Both the position numbers and the translations under genes were made by a program. From Candidatus Eiseniibacteriota bacterium (GTDB lineage: Bacteria; Eisenbacteria; RBG-16-71-46): DNA of 64,000 nt. The notes below the pieces were generated by a model. That model searched no databases. It worked only from the letters and a program-made list of their open reading frames with translations, and had not been told where the DNA came from. Every line of letters begins with the position of its first letter. The first letter of the stretch is position 1. Below, one piece after another: positions 31,711-41,162 of the stretch. The stretch spans positions 2,720,001 to 2,784,000 of the forward strand of contig OY970178.1 of the NCBI GenBank assembly GCA_963707915.1, written 5' to 3'.

Positions 31711-34137
31711 ATGGCCGACAGGGGCTCCGTCCTCGCGCTGCTCTTCGTGTTCGCCGCAGCACCTGGGGCCGCCGTTGCACAGGCGCCGCCGCCGGCCGCG
31801 CCGGCGGACACGGCGCGGCCCCCGGTCCGCGTGGTCCGGCGCTTCCCGCCCACCGAGGTGTGGGCGACCCTCCACGACCTGCGCTCGAGCGAGACGGTCC
31901 GGATGATCCCCGGTTCCACGATGCGGGTGCTCCCCATCGACAACCTCACGGACGCGATCGCTCTGCAAGCCGGGGTCGTGGCACAGGGAGAGGAACTCCA
32001 CGTCCGCGGCGGGCGGAACGGCGAGACCGCCGTCACGCTGGATGGCCTGAGCCTCAACGAGCCGCTGCGACGGCGCCCACTGGACGTGCCGTTGCTGGCG
32101 CTGCGCAGCGCCGACCTGGTGAGCGGCGCGCCCGAGGCTCAGTACGGGTCGGGACTGGCGGGCACGATCGACATGCGCAGCGCGGAGCCGGGTGAGCGGT
32201 TCTCGGGGGAGTGCCGTTGGCAGACGGCCCTCGAGGACCGGTGGTTCGATCGCGCGAGCGCGAGGGTCGGGGGCCCGCTCCACCTGCTCGGCCTGGGGGT
32301 CCTGGCCGCGGGCGATGCCACGCTCGACGACACCTGGCTTCCGCACCTGCGCTCCGATGCCGGGATGAAGGTCGCGGGTATCCCGTTCGTCTGGCGAGCG
32401 GAGAACCGCATGCTCGGATACGTCAAGCTGGCGCCGATCGACCAGTCCCGGCGCTTCGTCGCGCAGGTGCTGGTGAATCGGCAGCTGCACCGGCCCTACG
32501 ACCCGAGCTGGTCGCTCGACGGGTGGGTGATCGTCGACCCGCTCTTCACCGGGCGACCGACCTTCAGCCAGGATTCGCTGCCGGGCTCCGTGCGCTACCG
32601 CGCGGCGGACCATCTGGCGGTCACCGACGACCGGCAGTTCGCCGCGCTGGTCTCCGCGTCGACGATGGGCGCGAGGCGCCACGGGACCCTCAGCCTGGGC
32701 TGGCTGCGGACGAGGACAGTCACTTCGGTCAGCGGCCGGCGGGGCGCCGGGTACATCGGTGCCGATGAGACCATCTACGGTGACCCGCGGGGGCTGGCCG
32801 GCCCTCCGGGTGATCCATTCCTGGTGATCTGGGGTGACTACCCGCTCTATCGCGAGTCCGGGAGCGACGTCTATACGCTTCGCGGCGACGGCGAGGTCAC
32901 GACTCCGAGCGGCGGCACGATCAAGGCCGGGGCGGGGACGACGCTCGAGCACGTGACCCTCCGCGAGCTGGACGGCACCTTGATCAACCGGCAGTTGGAC
33001 AGCCTGCGGGCCTACGACGCCTCCGCGCCCGGGCTGTTCGCCTACGTGCAGGGCCGCTGGTCGCTCATGGGCATGGTGGCGAACATGGGCCTGCGGGCGG
33101 AGTACTTCACCGCGGGCTCCGAGGCCGGCCACCAGACGCTGCCGGGCAGTGCGCGCGGCCTGTGGTCGCTCTCACCGCGGCTCGGCCTCACCTATCCGGT
33201 CTCGGTGCGCGACGCCTTCTCGCTGGCCTACGTGCGGGTCCAGCAGGCCCCGGGGCGCGACTTCCTCTACGACCAGCGCCGCCTGATCAGCAACCGGCAG
33301 CCGCTCGGGAATCCGGCGCTCCTGCCGGCGACGGTCGTCTCCTACGAGGCGTCGGTGAAGCACCTGTTCAGCCTGGCGTGGGCGGCGCAGACGTCCGTCT
33401 TCTTCCGGAACGTCTGCGGGCAGGTGGGCGCGCGGAACTATTACTTTCGCCCGAACGTCGCCGTGCCGTACTACACCAATGACGACGAGGCGTCGGCGCT
33501 GGGCTTCGAGTGGAGCCTGCTGCACACGTCCAACGCGGCCCGCCGGCTGGAGCTGCACTACACCTGGATGCAGGCCTGGGGGAGCGAGTCGCGCCCGGAG
33601 GGCGATCCCTACGGCCCCGTCCGCGCGATCGCGCGTGCCGCCGATCGCGGACGTGCCGCTCTCGTGGGACCGCCGCCACTCGATCCTGGCGAGCTTCGCG
33701 TGTCCGATCCGGGAACGCTGGTCCGTGTCGTGGTCCACGGCAGTGGGCTCGCCGCTGCCCTGGACGCCCAAGATGCGGCGCGAGCAGCTCACGGACATCC
33801 AGTTGGTCAACAGCAGGCGCTTCCAGTGGACGGAGATCACGAACCTGGACGTGCGTTGGTCGCCGCGCCCGGCGCCCGGTCTCACGGTCGCGCTCGAGGT
33901 GCGCAATCTGTTCGACCACCGGGGCGAGCGCGTACGCCACGGTGGACGGCTACCCGAATCCCATCATCAACACGCTGTACGACGACTACGGCGCCTACCG
34001 GACCGAGACCGGCAACGGGGGTGGCGCCTACTGCTCGACGGTCAGAACGGCGGACCGGCGCACTGGGTGCCGGTCCACGACCCGCGGCTCTTCTATCCTC
34101 CCCGCACCGTGCGGGTCAGCATGGGCTGCGCTGGTGA
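31711..34137 (+). CDS. TonB-dependent receptor-like outer-membrane protein (frameshifted near the 3' end)
   Basis: Signal peptide; plug LHVRGGRNGE..LDGL..AQYGSGLAG.I; barrel motifs NMGLRAEYF, SPRLGLTYPVS, GNPAL.P, RNLFD; ends GLRW*. Confidence 0.8.
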   Translation: MADRGSVLALLFVFAAAPGAAVAQAPPPAAPADTARPPVRVVRRFPPTEVWATLHDLRSSETVRMIPGSTMRVLPIDNLTDAIALQAGVVAQGEELHVRGGRNGETAVTLDGLSLNEPLRRRPLDVPLLALRSADLVSGAPEAQYGSGLAGTIDMRSAEPGERFSGECRWQTALEDRWFDRASARVGGPLHLLGLGVLAAGDATLDDTWLPHLRSDAGMKVAGIPFVWRAENRMLGYVKLAPIDQSRRFVAQVLVNRQLHRPYDPSWSLDGWVIVDPLFTGRPTFSQDSLPGSVRYRAADHLAVTDDRQFAALVSASTMGARRHGTLSLGWLRTRTVTSVSGRRGAGYIGADETIYGDPRGLAGPPGDPFLVIWGDYPLYRESGSDVYTLRGDGEVTTPSGGTIKAGAGTTLEHVTLRELDGTLINRQLDSLRAYDASAPGLFAYVQGRWSLMGMVANMGLRAEYFTAGSEAGHQTLPGSARGLWSLSPRLGLTYPVSVRDAFSLAYVRVQQAPGRDFLYDQRRLISNRQPLGNPALLPATVVSYEASVKHLFSLAWAAQTSVFFRNVCGQVGARNYYFRPNVAVPYYTNDDEASALGFEWSLLHTSNAARRLELHYTWMQAWGSESRPEGDPYGPVRAIARAADRGRAALVGPPPLDPGELRVSDPGTLVRVVVHGSGLAAALDAQDAARAAHGHPVGQQQALPVDGDHEPGRALVAAPGARSHGRARGAQSVRPPGRARTPRWTATRIPSSTRCTTTTAPTGPRPATGVAPTARRSERRTGALGAGPRPAALLSSPHRAGQHGLRW

Positions 34138-34188
34138 CGGTCCCGGCCTGATCCGGCCAGGCGGGCCCGCGCCGCCCGCCGGCCGCGC

Positions 34189-34217
34189 TCGACCGCCACC
34201 CCGGCCCGTTGTAGAGT
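34189..34217 (+). promoter_or_regulatory. Putative promoter of mqnA (TCGACC-N17-TAGAGT)
   Basis: Read directly; the -10 lies only 11 nt before the ATG, suggesting a very short leader. Confidence 0.45.
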
Positions 34218-34228
34218 CCGGCTCCGCC

Positions 34229-35027
34229 ATGGAAGACCTCCCCGGACTCACCCACGCGATCGTCGCCGCGCGCATCCCCTACGCGAACGTCGCGCCGTTC
34301 TACGCGCTCTGGCACGAGGCGCCCTTCGCGGTGCGCAACCTGGTGCCGCGCGACCTGGGACGCGAGGCCGAGGCCGGGCACGTGGACTTCGGAAGCATGG
34401 CCGCGGGCGACTACCTGCGGCTCAAGGACCGCTTCGAGCTGATCCAGCCCCCGATGGGCGCGGCGGCCCGCGGCGAGGTGCAGTCGGTGCTGCTCTTCTC
34501 GCGCCGGCCCGCCGAGGCGCTCGCCGGCGCGCTCGTCTCGGTGACGCCCGCGACCTCGACCTCCGTGCGGCTGCTGCACCTGCTGCTCGACGTGCGCCGC
34601 GGGCTGCGCGGCGTGCGCTACATCCGCGGCCTGGAGCCCGCGCAGGCCGACGCGCTGCTCGTGATCGGCGACGCCGCCATGCGCATGCGCAACCACCGGC
34701 CCGAGGGCTTCACGCACACGCTCGACCTGGGCGCGGACTGGCTGGAGTGGACCGGGCTGTCGTTCGTGTACGCCGTCTGGGCGGTGCGCACGGACGCTCG
34801 ACCCGGCGGTCAAGGCGGCGATCGGACGCTTCCTCGAGGCCTCGCTGGCGGCGGGGCTCGCCTCGCTGCCCGAGGTCGCGCGCCAGCAGACCGAGCCGGG
34901 CTGGCGGCCGGAGGAGGTCGAGGCCTACCTGCGGCGCTTCCACTACCGGCTCGGCCCCGAGGACCTGGACGGGCTCGAGCGCTTCGAGGCGCTGCTGCGC
35001 GCCCACGGCCTGGTCGAGCTGGACTGA
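34229..35027 (+). CDS. mqnA: Chorismate dehydratase (futalosine pathway), one frameshift near 34795
   Basis: [59 protein letters not shown]. Confidence 0.85.
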
Positions 35028-35115
35028 AGCAACCGCGACCGCGCACTCGTCCGTAGACTCTTCGGATCACCCGCGCGGGCGACTCCCCGCGCCCACCCGC
35101 ACCAGGAGCACCACG

Positions 35116-35922
35116 ATGGCGACCATGCACGAAGTGGACTACGAGATCGTCGGCGACGACATGCAGTTCGTGAAGATCGAGCTGGACCCGGGCGAGGCCG
35201 TGGTCTCCGAGGCCGGCTCGATGATGTACATCGAAGACGGCATCGAGATGCAGACGATCTTCGGCGACGGCTCGCAGCACGCAGGGCGGCTTCATGGGCG
35301 CGCTGCTCAGCGCGGGCAAGCGCGTCATCGTGGGCGAGTCGCTGTTCATGACCGTGTTCCTCAACCAGGGGCAGGGCAAGCGCAAGGCCGCGTTCGCCGC
35401 GCCCTACCCGGGCCGCATCCAGGCCGTCAAGCTCTGCGGACGTCGGCGGCGAGCTGATCGCGCAGAAGGACTCGTTCCTGTGCGCGGCCAAGGGCGTGTC
35501 GCTCGACATCGCCTTCACCCAGCGCTTCGGCGCCGGGCTCTTCGGCGGCGAGGGCTTCATCCTCCAGCGGCTCAAGGGCGACGGCTGGTGCTTCATCCAC
35601 GCCGGCGGCACGCCACGAGGAGCGCACGCTCGCCGCGGGCGAGACGCTGCGCGTGGACACCGGCTGCATCGTGGCGATGCAGCCCACGGTGGACTACGAC
35701 ATCCAGATGGTGGGCGGCATCAAGACCGCGCTGTTCGGCGGCGAGGGCCTGTTCTTCGCGACCCTGCGCGGCCCGGGCAAGGTCTGGCTGCAGTCGCTGC
35801 CCTTCAGCCGCCTGGCCGGGCGCATCTACGCCGCCGCGCCGCAGACCGGCCGCGGCGGGCGCGAGGAGGGCTCGATCCTCGGCGGTCTCGGCGACCTGCT
35901 GAGCGGTGACCGCGGGCGCTGA
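35116..35922 (+). CDS. TIGR00266 / AIM24 family protein, frameshifted
   Basis: [26 protein letters not shown]...[41 protein letters not shown]. Confidence 0.88.
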
Positions 35923-36009
35923 CGCCCGGGGACCCGGGCCGGCACGAGGGGGCGCCCGCGTGCGCCGCCAGCCTGGACGATGCATGACGCGCGGCGTGGA
36001 TCGTCCAGG

Positions 36010-37185
36010 CTAGGGCCGCTCGACGGGCGGCGGCACGGGGCGACGGAGCGCCTCGGCGAGGTCGGGACAGAAGTCGCCGAGCGTGGGGAAGCGGTCGCGC
36101 TCGCGCTCGTACCGCTGGAGCGCGACCAGCAGCCTCGGCAGGTAGGTGAAGCCGAGCCGCCACTGCAGGTCGAGCGCCTCCTCCGCGGCGTGGGCACCCT
36201 CCAGCCGGGCGACCAGCCGCACGCCCACGGCACGCACCAGGTGCTCGTCGGCGCAGACCTCCCAACGGGTGTAGCCCTGCGCCGCCATCCGCGCGCGCAG
36301 CGGCTCGAACAGCGCCGAGTCGGCGGCGATCTCGCGGCGGCAGGGATCGGGCAGGGTGCCGACGAAGACGTGGGAGAACTCGTGCCACAGCAGCGCCTCG
36401 AGCGCGTCGGGGTCCCAGAACCGCGGTCGCCCGCGCCCCGGCTGCGAAGGGCCGAGGATGGCGTAGCAGTCCACGATCCCCGGCGGGCGCTCGATCTCCG
36501 CGGCGTAGCCGCCGGCCTGCGAGAGCGGCGCGAGGATCAGGTGGTAGCCGTGCTCGTGCACCCCGAAGTACTCCTCGAGCGGTCCGACGACCCGCGTGGT
36601 CCGCAGGGCCCGCCGGGCCTGCTCGACCATCCGGCGAAAGCGGCGGGTGTGCGCGGCGTGGAAGTCCATGAAGCGGCTCTCGGCGGCGAAGTCGCGCAGC
36701 GAATCGAGGAACGCGAAGAGGCGCCGGCGCCCCCCGGCGCGGTCCTCGACGTACACCGAGAAGGGCGCGCGCAGTTCCAGCTCGGGCGGCTCGGCGAGGC
36801 GCAGCATCACCGCGGGCGGGGCGTCGAGCGTGAAGCCCTCGCGGGCCATCCGCGCGAAGAGCGTCACGGCAGGATGGTTCCGCCACGGCGCGAAACGCTC
36901 GAGCACTTCGCGCCGGTAGGCGGGATCGGCGCTGCCGAGCTCCGCGTAGCCGGCCAGGCACTGCACGGCGGTGAGCAGTTCGATGCGGGGGTCGACCGAG
37001 ACCTCGATCGGGGTCGGCTCCGCCGGGCGGACGGCCCGGCGCTCCGGGGCCGCGCCCGGCGCCTGGGCCGGCGCGTGCGAGGCGGGTCCGGCCGGGGCCG
37101 CAGCCGGTGCGGCGGCCAGCAGGCAGGCGATGGCGACGATCGGGAACATCGGGCTCCCCCAGCGACCTGGATGAGCATAGCTCAT
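36010..37185 (-). CDS. DUF4932-like exported protein with HExxH zinc-metallopeptidase motif
   Basis: Signal-like N-terminus, VDPRIELL, LWHEFSHVFV, downstream DEHLVRAV; start 37185 or 37149. Confidence 0.7.
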   Translation of the reverse strand: MSYAHPGRWGSPMFPIVAIACLLAAAPAAAPAGPASHAPAQAPGAAPERRAVRPAEPTPIEVSVDPRIELLTAVQCLAGYAELGSADPAYRREVLERFAPWRNHPAVTLFARMAREGFTLDAPPAVMLRLAEPPELELRAPFSVYVEDRAGGRRRLFAFLDSLRDFAAESRFMDFHAAHTRRFRRMVEQARRALRTTRVVGPLEEYFGVHEHGYHLILAPLSQAGGYAAEIERPPGIVDCYAILGPSQPGRGRPRFWDPDALEALLWHEFSHVFVGTLPDPCRREIAADSALFEPLRARMAAQGYTRWEVCADEHLVRAVGVRLVARLEGAHAAEEALDLQWRLGFTYLPRLLVALQRYERERDRFPTLGDFCPDLAEALRRPVPPPVERP

Positions 37186-37354
37186 GGCCGGAGTGCGCCC
37201 GCCGCGCCGGTCGGGTGCGCGGGTCCGTCCGGCACGGGATCGGGGGCCTCCGTGGCCGCCCCCCGGGGGCGCCGGGGGGGCCGGGCGCAACCCCGGCCCC
37301 CGGTCCGCCGTAGTCAGGGTGTCAGGCAACCAGGTCCCGGCCGGAGGTGCCACC

Positions 37355-37900
37355 ATGCGTACCGTCGTCCTCAGCACGATCCTCGCGGCGCTGGTCCTTG
37401 CCGGCGCCGCCTTCGCCCACGAGCACCATGAAGGTTCCGGCGGGATGCACGTCTCCGGCATCGCACCGCCGGTGACGTGGGCCGGTCGCCACGACCCGGC
37501 CCGCGCGCGGTTCGCGATCCTCACCGAGGACCGCGCCGCGGCGCTCGTCCTCACCCGCGACCGGGTCGCGATCCAGCTCAGCGACCGCGCGCTCCGCGAG
37601 CTCGACCGGGAGATCGCGCGCGAGCAGGACGAGGACGAGGACAACGCGCTCGCCGGCGTGATCAAGGGCGCGGTCCTCGGCGGCGTGCGCGCGCTGCTGG
37701 ACCACAGCCTGGAGTGCCCGATCGACGAATTGCGCGACGTGCGGTGCGAGGACGGGCGGCTGGTGCTGGTCACGGCCGACGGCCATCGCATCTTCGAGGA
37801 CATCGACATCCACGATCGGGCGGTCCTCGAGGGGTTCTCGGAGCACGATGCCCGGGCCTTCGCGCGGGAGTTCCGCCGCGCCAAGGACCACGGCCGCTGA
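37355..37900 (+). CDS. Secreted hypothetical protein
   Basis: GGAGG RBS, signal peptide MRTVVLSTILAALVLAGAAFA, His-rich mature N-terminus HEHHEG. Confidence 0.7.
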   Translation: MRTVVLSTILAALVLAGAAFAHEHHEGSGGMHVSGIAPPVTWAGRHDPARARFAILTEDRAAALVLTRDRVAIQLSDRALRELDREIAREQDEDEDNALAGVIKGAVLGGVRALLDHSLECPIDELRDVRCEDGRLVLVTADGHRIFEDIDIHDRAVLEGFSEHDARAFAREFRRAKDHGR

Positions 37901-37938
37901 CGCGCGCTCCCGTCCGTCCGGCGCGGTCGCCGCGAAGC

Positions 37939-37968
37939 CGAAGGGCCCGCCGCGAGGCGGGCCCTTCG
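37939..37968. terminator. 13-bp hairpin between convergent genes
   Basis: cgaagggcccgcc-gcga-ggcgggcccttcg perfect inverted repeat. Confidence 0.7.
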
Positions 37969-37993
37969 TGGGAAGACCGTGCGGATCGCGGGG

Positions 37994-39769
37994 CTAGCGG
38001 CCGAGCACCACGAGCCGGGTGATCGCGGTCCGGCCCATGGCCTCGAGCCGGGCGAAGTAGATCCCCGCGCCGACCGGGGCCCCGGAGCGCGCGATCGACC
38101 ACTCGACCCGGGTCGTTCCCGGTGCCGCCGGGCCGGCGAAGGGCGTGGCGACGCGGCGCCCGGCGAGGTCGAAGATCTCCAGCCGCACGTCCGCGCTGCG
38201 GCTCAGCGTGAAGCTCAGGCCGGTCGAGCGGAACGCCGGGTTCGGCGCGGCCGCCAGCGCGATCTCGTCCGCCGGCAGGCCGGCGTCGGCCTGCGGCGCG
38301 GTCGGCGACTGCGAGAACTCCGTGGCGACCGGCGTCGTCAGCGTGCCCTGCGCGTACTCGTAGGTGAAGGCCATGTAGTCCGCGCGGCAGGTGTAGCTGG
38401 AGCTCCGCGTGTTGGCGGAGACCCGCAGCCGGACTTGATTCGCGGCCGAGACGTAGGCGGCGGGCGTGGTGGTGGTCCAGGTCTTGGTCACGTCGCTGGT
38501 GCTCACCGTCCCCGAGTTGATCTGGGTCCACGCCGCGGTGCTGAAGTTGTAGAGGTAGAGCGTCTGCGTGCGGCTGACCGAGTAGTTGCCGTCGTAGGTT
38601 ACGGTCAGCTTGGTCGGCGGGTGCGCGAGCGTCGCGGACCCGTACCAGTTCGTCAGGTAGGTGCTCCCGGACTTCACCGAGGTCACCGTCATCCGGCTGG
38701 CGTCGTTCGCGGCGAGGTTGGTGACCGAGCCGCTCGTGACGGTGCCGGTGATCGTCGTGACCGTCGAGGCCACCTTGGTGTCGGTCAGCACGCCGCCGCC
38801 GCCGCCGCCCGTGCCGTTGTAGTAGGTGTCGGTGAAGCCGCTGCCGGCCACGGTGTAGGCCGCGCCCGCGCCGGGGTCGGCCTGCACCACGATCGTGCCG
38901 CCGACCTTGTCCCAGGACGCGTTCGGCGCGACTCCCGCGCCGGTCTCGGTCCAGTAGGTCTTCACGCCGGCGTTGTGCAGGTTGGTGAGCGCCGTGGACG
39001 TCGGGTGCCCGTACGAGTTGCCGTTGCCGACCGAGATGATGCCCACTTCGGGCGTGGTCGCGGTGAGCCACCCGGCGCTGGTCGAGGTCGCCGAGCCGTG
39101 GTGGTGGACCTTGTAGACCTCGACGTCGCCCATCTCGGAACCGACCGCGGCCTCGACGACGTTGGGCAGATCGCCGCCCAGCGCCTCGTCGAAGGCGCCG
39201 TAGGTCACCTTGTAGACCGTGCTCAGGGAGTTCTCGTCGCTGCCCGAGTAGACGCCCGCGCCGTTCAGGTCCACGCACTTGATGCTGACCGGGTTGGCCG
39301 CGCCGGCGTCGAGCGTGATGACCTGGTTCTTGGCGATGGTCATGCGCTTCGTGCCGAGGGTGTTGACGTAGGCGGTGTAGGTGGCGCTCGAGTAGGAGCC
39401 GCCGCGGTCGTAGCCGGCGGTGCCGACGGTGATGCCGATGGCGGCCAGGTCGTCGATGCAGCCGATGTGGTCGGCGTGGTAGTGCGTGGTGAAGTGGTAC
39501 TTGATGCTGGTGAGGCCCTGGCCCTGGAGGTAGGTCTTGATGCCGCTGCAATCGGTGTAGGCCCCGTCGTCGAACAGCGCGGTCTCGCCGAGCGGCGAGA
39601 CGAGCAGGATGGCGTCGCCCTGGCCGACGTCGATGTGGTGGATCTGCAGCTTGCCGTTGGCGGCCGCCAGCGCGAGCGCGGGAGCGAGGAGGAGGACGAG
39701 GGCGGCGGGGGCGAGGAGCCGCAGGGAACGGAGGGCACAGTCGGACCAGCGGACGGGGAACCGTCTCAT
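37994..39769 (-). CDS. Secreted ComEC/Rec2-type metallo-beta-lactamase-fold hydrolase (putative nuclease) with C-terminal FlgD-Ig domain, copy 1
   Basis: Signal peptide; IDVGQGDA, THYHADHIG (HxHxDH), DENSLS, YKVHHHGS, ISVG.GNSYGHP; tail PNP..LEIFDLAGRRVA..AGIYFARL. Confidence 0.85.
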   Translation of the reverse strand: MRRFPVRWSDCALRSLRLLAPAALVLLLAPALALAAANGKLQIHHIDVGQGDAILLVSPLGETALFDDGAYTDCSGIKTYLQGQGLTSIKYHFTTHYHADHIGCIDDLAAIGITVGTAGYDRGGSYSSATYTAYVNTLGTKRMTIAKNQVITLDAGAANPVSIKCVDLNGAGVYSGSDENSLSTVYKVTYGAFDEALGGDLPNVVEAAVGSEMGDVEVYKVHHHGSATSTSAGWLTATTPEVGIISVGNGNSYGHPTSTALTNLHNAGVKTYWTETGAGVAPNASWDKVGGTIVVQADPGAGAAYTVAGSGFTDTYYNGTGGGGGGVLTDTKVASTVTTITGTVTSGSVTNLAANDASRMTVTSVKSGSTYLTNWYGSATLAHPPTKLTVTYDGNYSVSRTQTLYLYNFSTAAWTQINSGTVSTSDVTKTWTTTTPAAYVSAANQVRLRVSANTRSSSYTCRADYMAFTYEYAQGTLTTPVATEFSQSPTAPQADAGLPADEIALAAAPNPAFRSTGLSFTLSRSADVRLEIFDLAGRRVATPFAGPAAPGTTRVEWSIARSGAPVGAGIYFARLEAMGRTAITRLVVLGR

Positions 39770-39929
39770 CGGGGACACCTCTTCCTGAGGTGGGTGCGAA
39801 ACGGAGCGCGCAGCAGCCACGGACCATCCCTGGCCGATTCCTCGGGTCACGGGTCGTGGACGACCCGGGCCGTCACGCGCGGTTCCTGAGCCAGCCGCGA
39901 GGATAGTCACTCCGCTGCCCCGGGTGCCA
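39770..39929 (-). promoter_or_regulatory. Promoter (TGGCAC-N18-TATCCT) plus conserved ~125-nt structured 5' leader, copy 1
   Basis: Leader aligns with 42936..43060; hairpins GGGUCG-UCCA-CGACCC and CACCUC-AGGAA-GAGGUG over the RBS. Confidence 0.55.
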
Positions 39930-40064
39930 GCGGAAAATCGACCCGCCTGCCCGACGGGCGCGCCTGGCGACGGCCGCGGCCGGCGGTGTTACGCTCGGAC
40001 CGGCCGCGTCGCGGCTCGAGTGTCCACGGCGGACGACGAGGGAGGACGAGAAGGTGCAGCCACG

Positions 40065-41078
40065 ATGACCGGGGCCGGGCCGAAACGCATCCTGGCCGTC
40101 CGCGTGGGCCGCGGCGGCGACCTGGTCATGATCACGCCCGCGCTGCGCATGCTGCTCGACGGCCTCCCCGGCGCGGAGGTGGACCTGCTGACCGGCGCCG
40201 ATGGGCCCCGCATCCTGCGCGGTTTCGATCCGCGCCTGGCGCGCTTCCACCTCTACCATCGCCGCTTCCCCGGCTCGCTCCTGCTGCGGCCGCGGCTGCG
40301 CGCGGCGCTGCGGCGCGAGGGGTACGAGCGGGTCTACCTGTTCGAGACGCACCCGCACTACCGCGCGCTCGTCGCTGGCGTCGCACCCGAGGTCCATGCG
40401 CTCGCGGGCGCCCCGTCGCCGCGGCACTACAGCGACCGCTGCCTGGACCTGGTCGCGCCCACGCTCTCCCGGCCGCAGGAGCGCGGTTGGATCTCCCTCC
40501 CGGTGACGGAGGCGGCGCGCACCGCGGCCGCGGACTACCTCGCCGCGCACGGGCTCGAGGCCGGCGACCGGCTGGTCGGCCTCCACCTGACGTTCAGTGA
40601 ATCCGCGCGCGGTCCGTTCGCCGGGCGCCGCGGCCTGAAGCACCGCGCATGGTCGGACGCCGCCGCGGCCGAACTGGCGCGGCGTCTCGTCGAACTGGGG
40701 CGTTCCCGGGGGCGTGCGATCCGCCCGGTCGTGGACGTCCTGCCCCACGAACGCGGGCTGCTCGCCGGATTCCTCGGCCGCGCGGGCGACGCCGTCACGG
40801 TGCTCTCCGGCCCACCGGACTTCGAGCGCTACAAGGCGGTGCTCGCGCGGCTCGCGCTGCTGGTCACTCCCAACACCGGGCCGATGCACGTAGCGGCCGC
40901 GGTCGGCACGCCGGTCGTGGCGCTGTTCTCGGGCTGGTCGCCCGCCGAGTGCGGTCCGTTCGTGCCGCCGGAGCGCTCGCGCATCCTGCGCGCCGAGGAC
41001 ACGGCCGAGCCCGGGCGCGGGCTGGCCGCGATCTCCGCGGAGGCGGTCTTCGAGGCGTGCGCGGCCCTGCTGCCTTGA
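40065..41078 (+). CDS. Glycosyltransferase family 9 (LPS heptosyltransferase-like)
   Basis: RILAVRVGRGGDLVMITPALR, KHRAW, LLVTPNTGPMHVAAAVGTPVVALF. Confidence 0.9.
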   Translation: MTGAGPKRILAVRVGRGGDLVMITPALRMLLDGLPGAEVDLLTGADGPRILRGFDPRLARFHLYHRRFPGSLLLRPRLRAALRREGYERVYLFETHPHYRALVAGVAPEVHALAGAPSPRHYSDRCLDLVAPTLSRPQERGWISLPVTEAARTAAADYLAAHGLEAGDRLVGLHLTFSESARGPFAGRRGLKHRAWSDAAAAELARRLVELGRSRGRAIRPVVDVLPHERGLLAGFLGRAGDAVTVLSGPPDFERYKAVLARLALLVTPNTGPMHVAAAVGTPVVALFSGWSPAECGPFVPPERSRILRAEDTAEPGRGLAAISAEAVFEACAALLP

Positions 41079-41111
41079 GCGGGGGTGGGATCGCGGCCTC
41101 CGCGAAGCGCG

Positions 41112-41135
41112 GGGGCCCGCCCTGCGGCGGGCCCC
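41112..41135. terminator. 10-bp hairpin between convergent genes
   Basis: ggggcccgcc-ctgc-ggcgggcccc; same stem core as the 37939 hairpin. Confidence 0.6.
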
Positions 41136-41162
41136 GAAGTCGCGAACGCGCAAGCGCGGCGG

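Noticed and set aside
39770..39894. Leader as a known riboswitch (c-di-AMP, c-di-GMP, TPP, SAM, cobalamin)
   Set aside because: I could not find the diagnostic consensus segments by eye; kept as an unknown candidate pending an Rfam search
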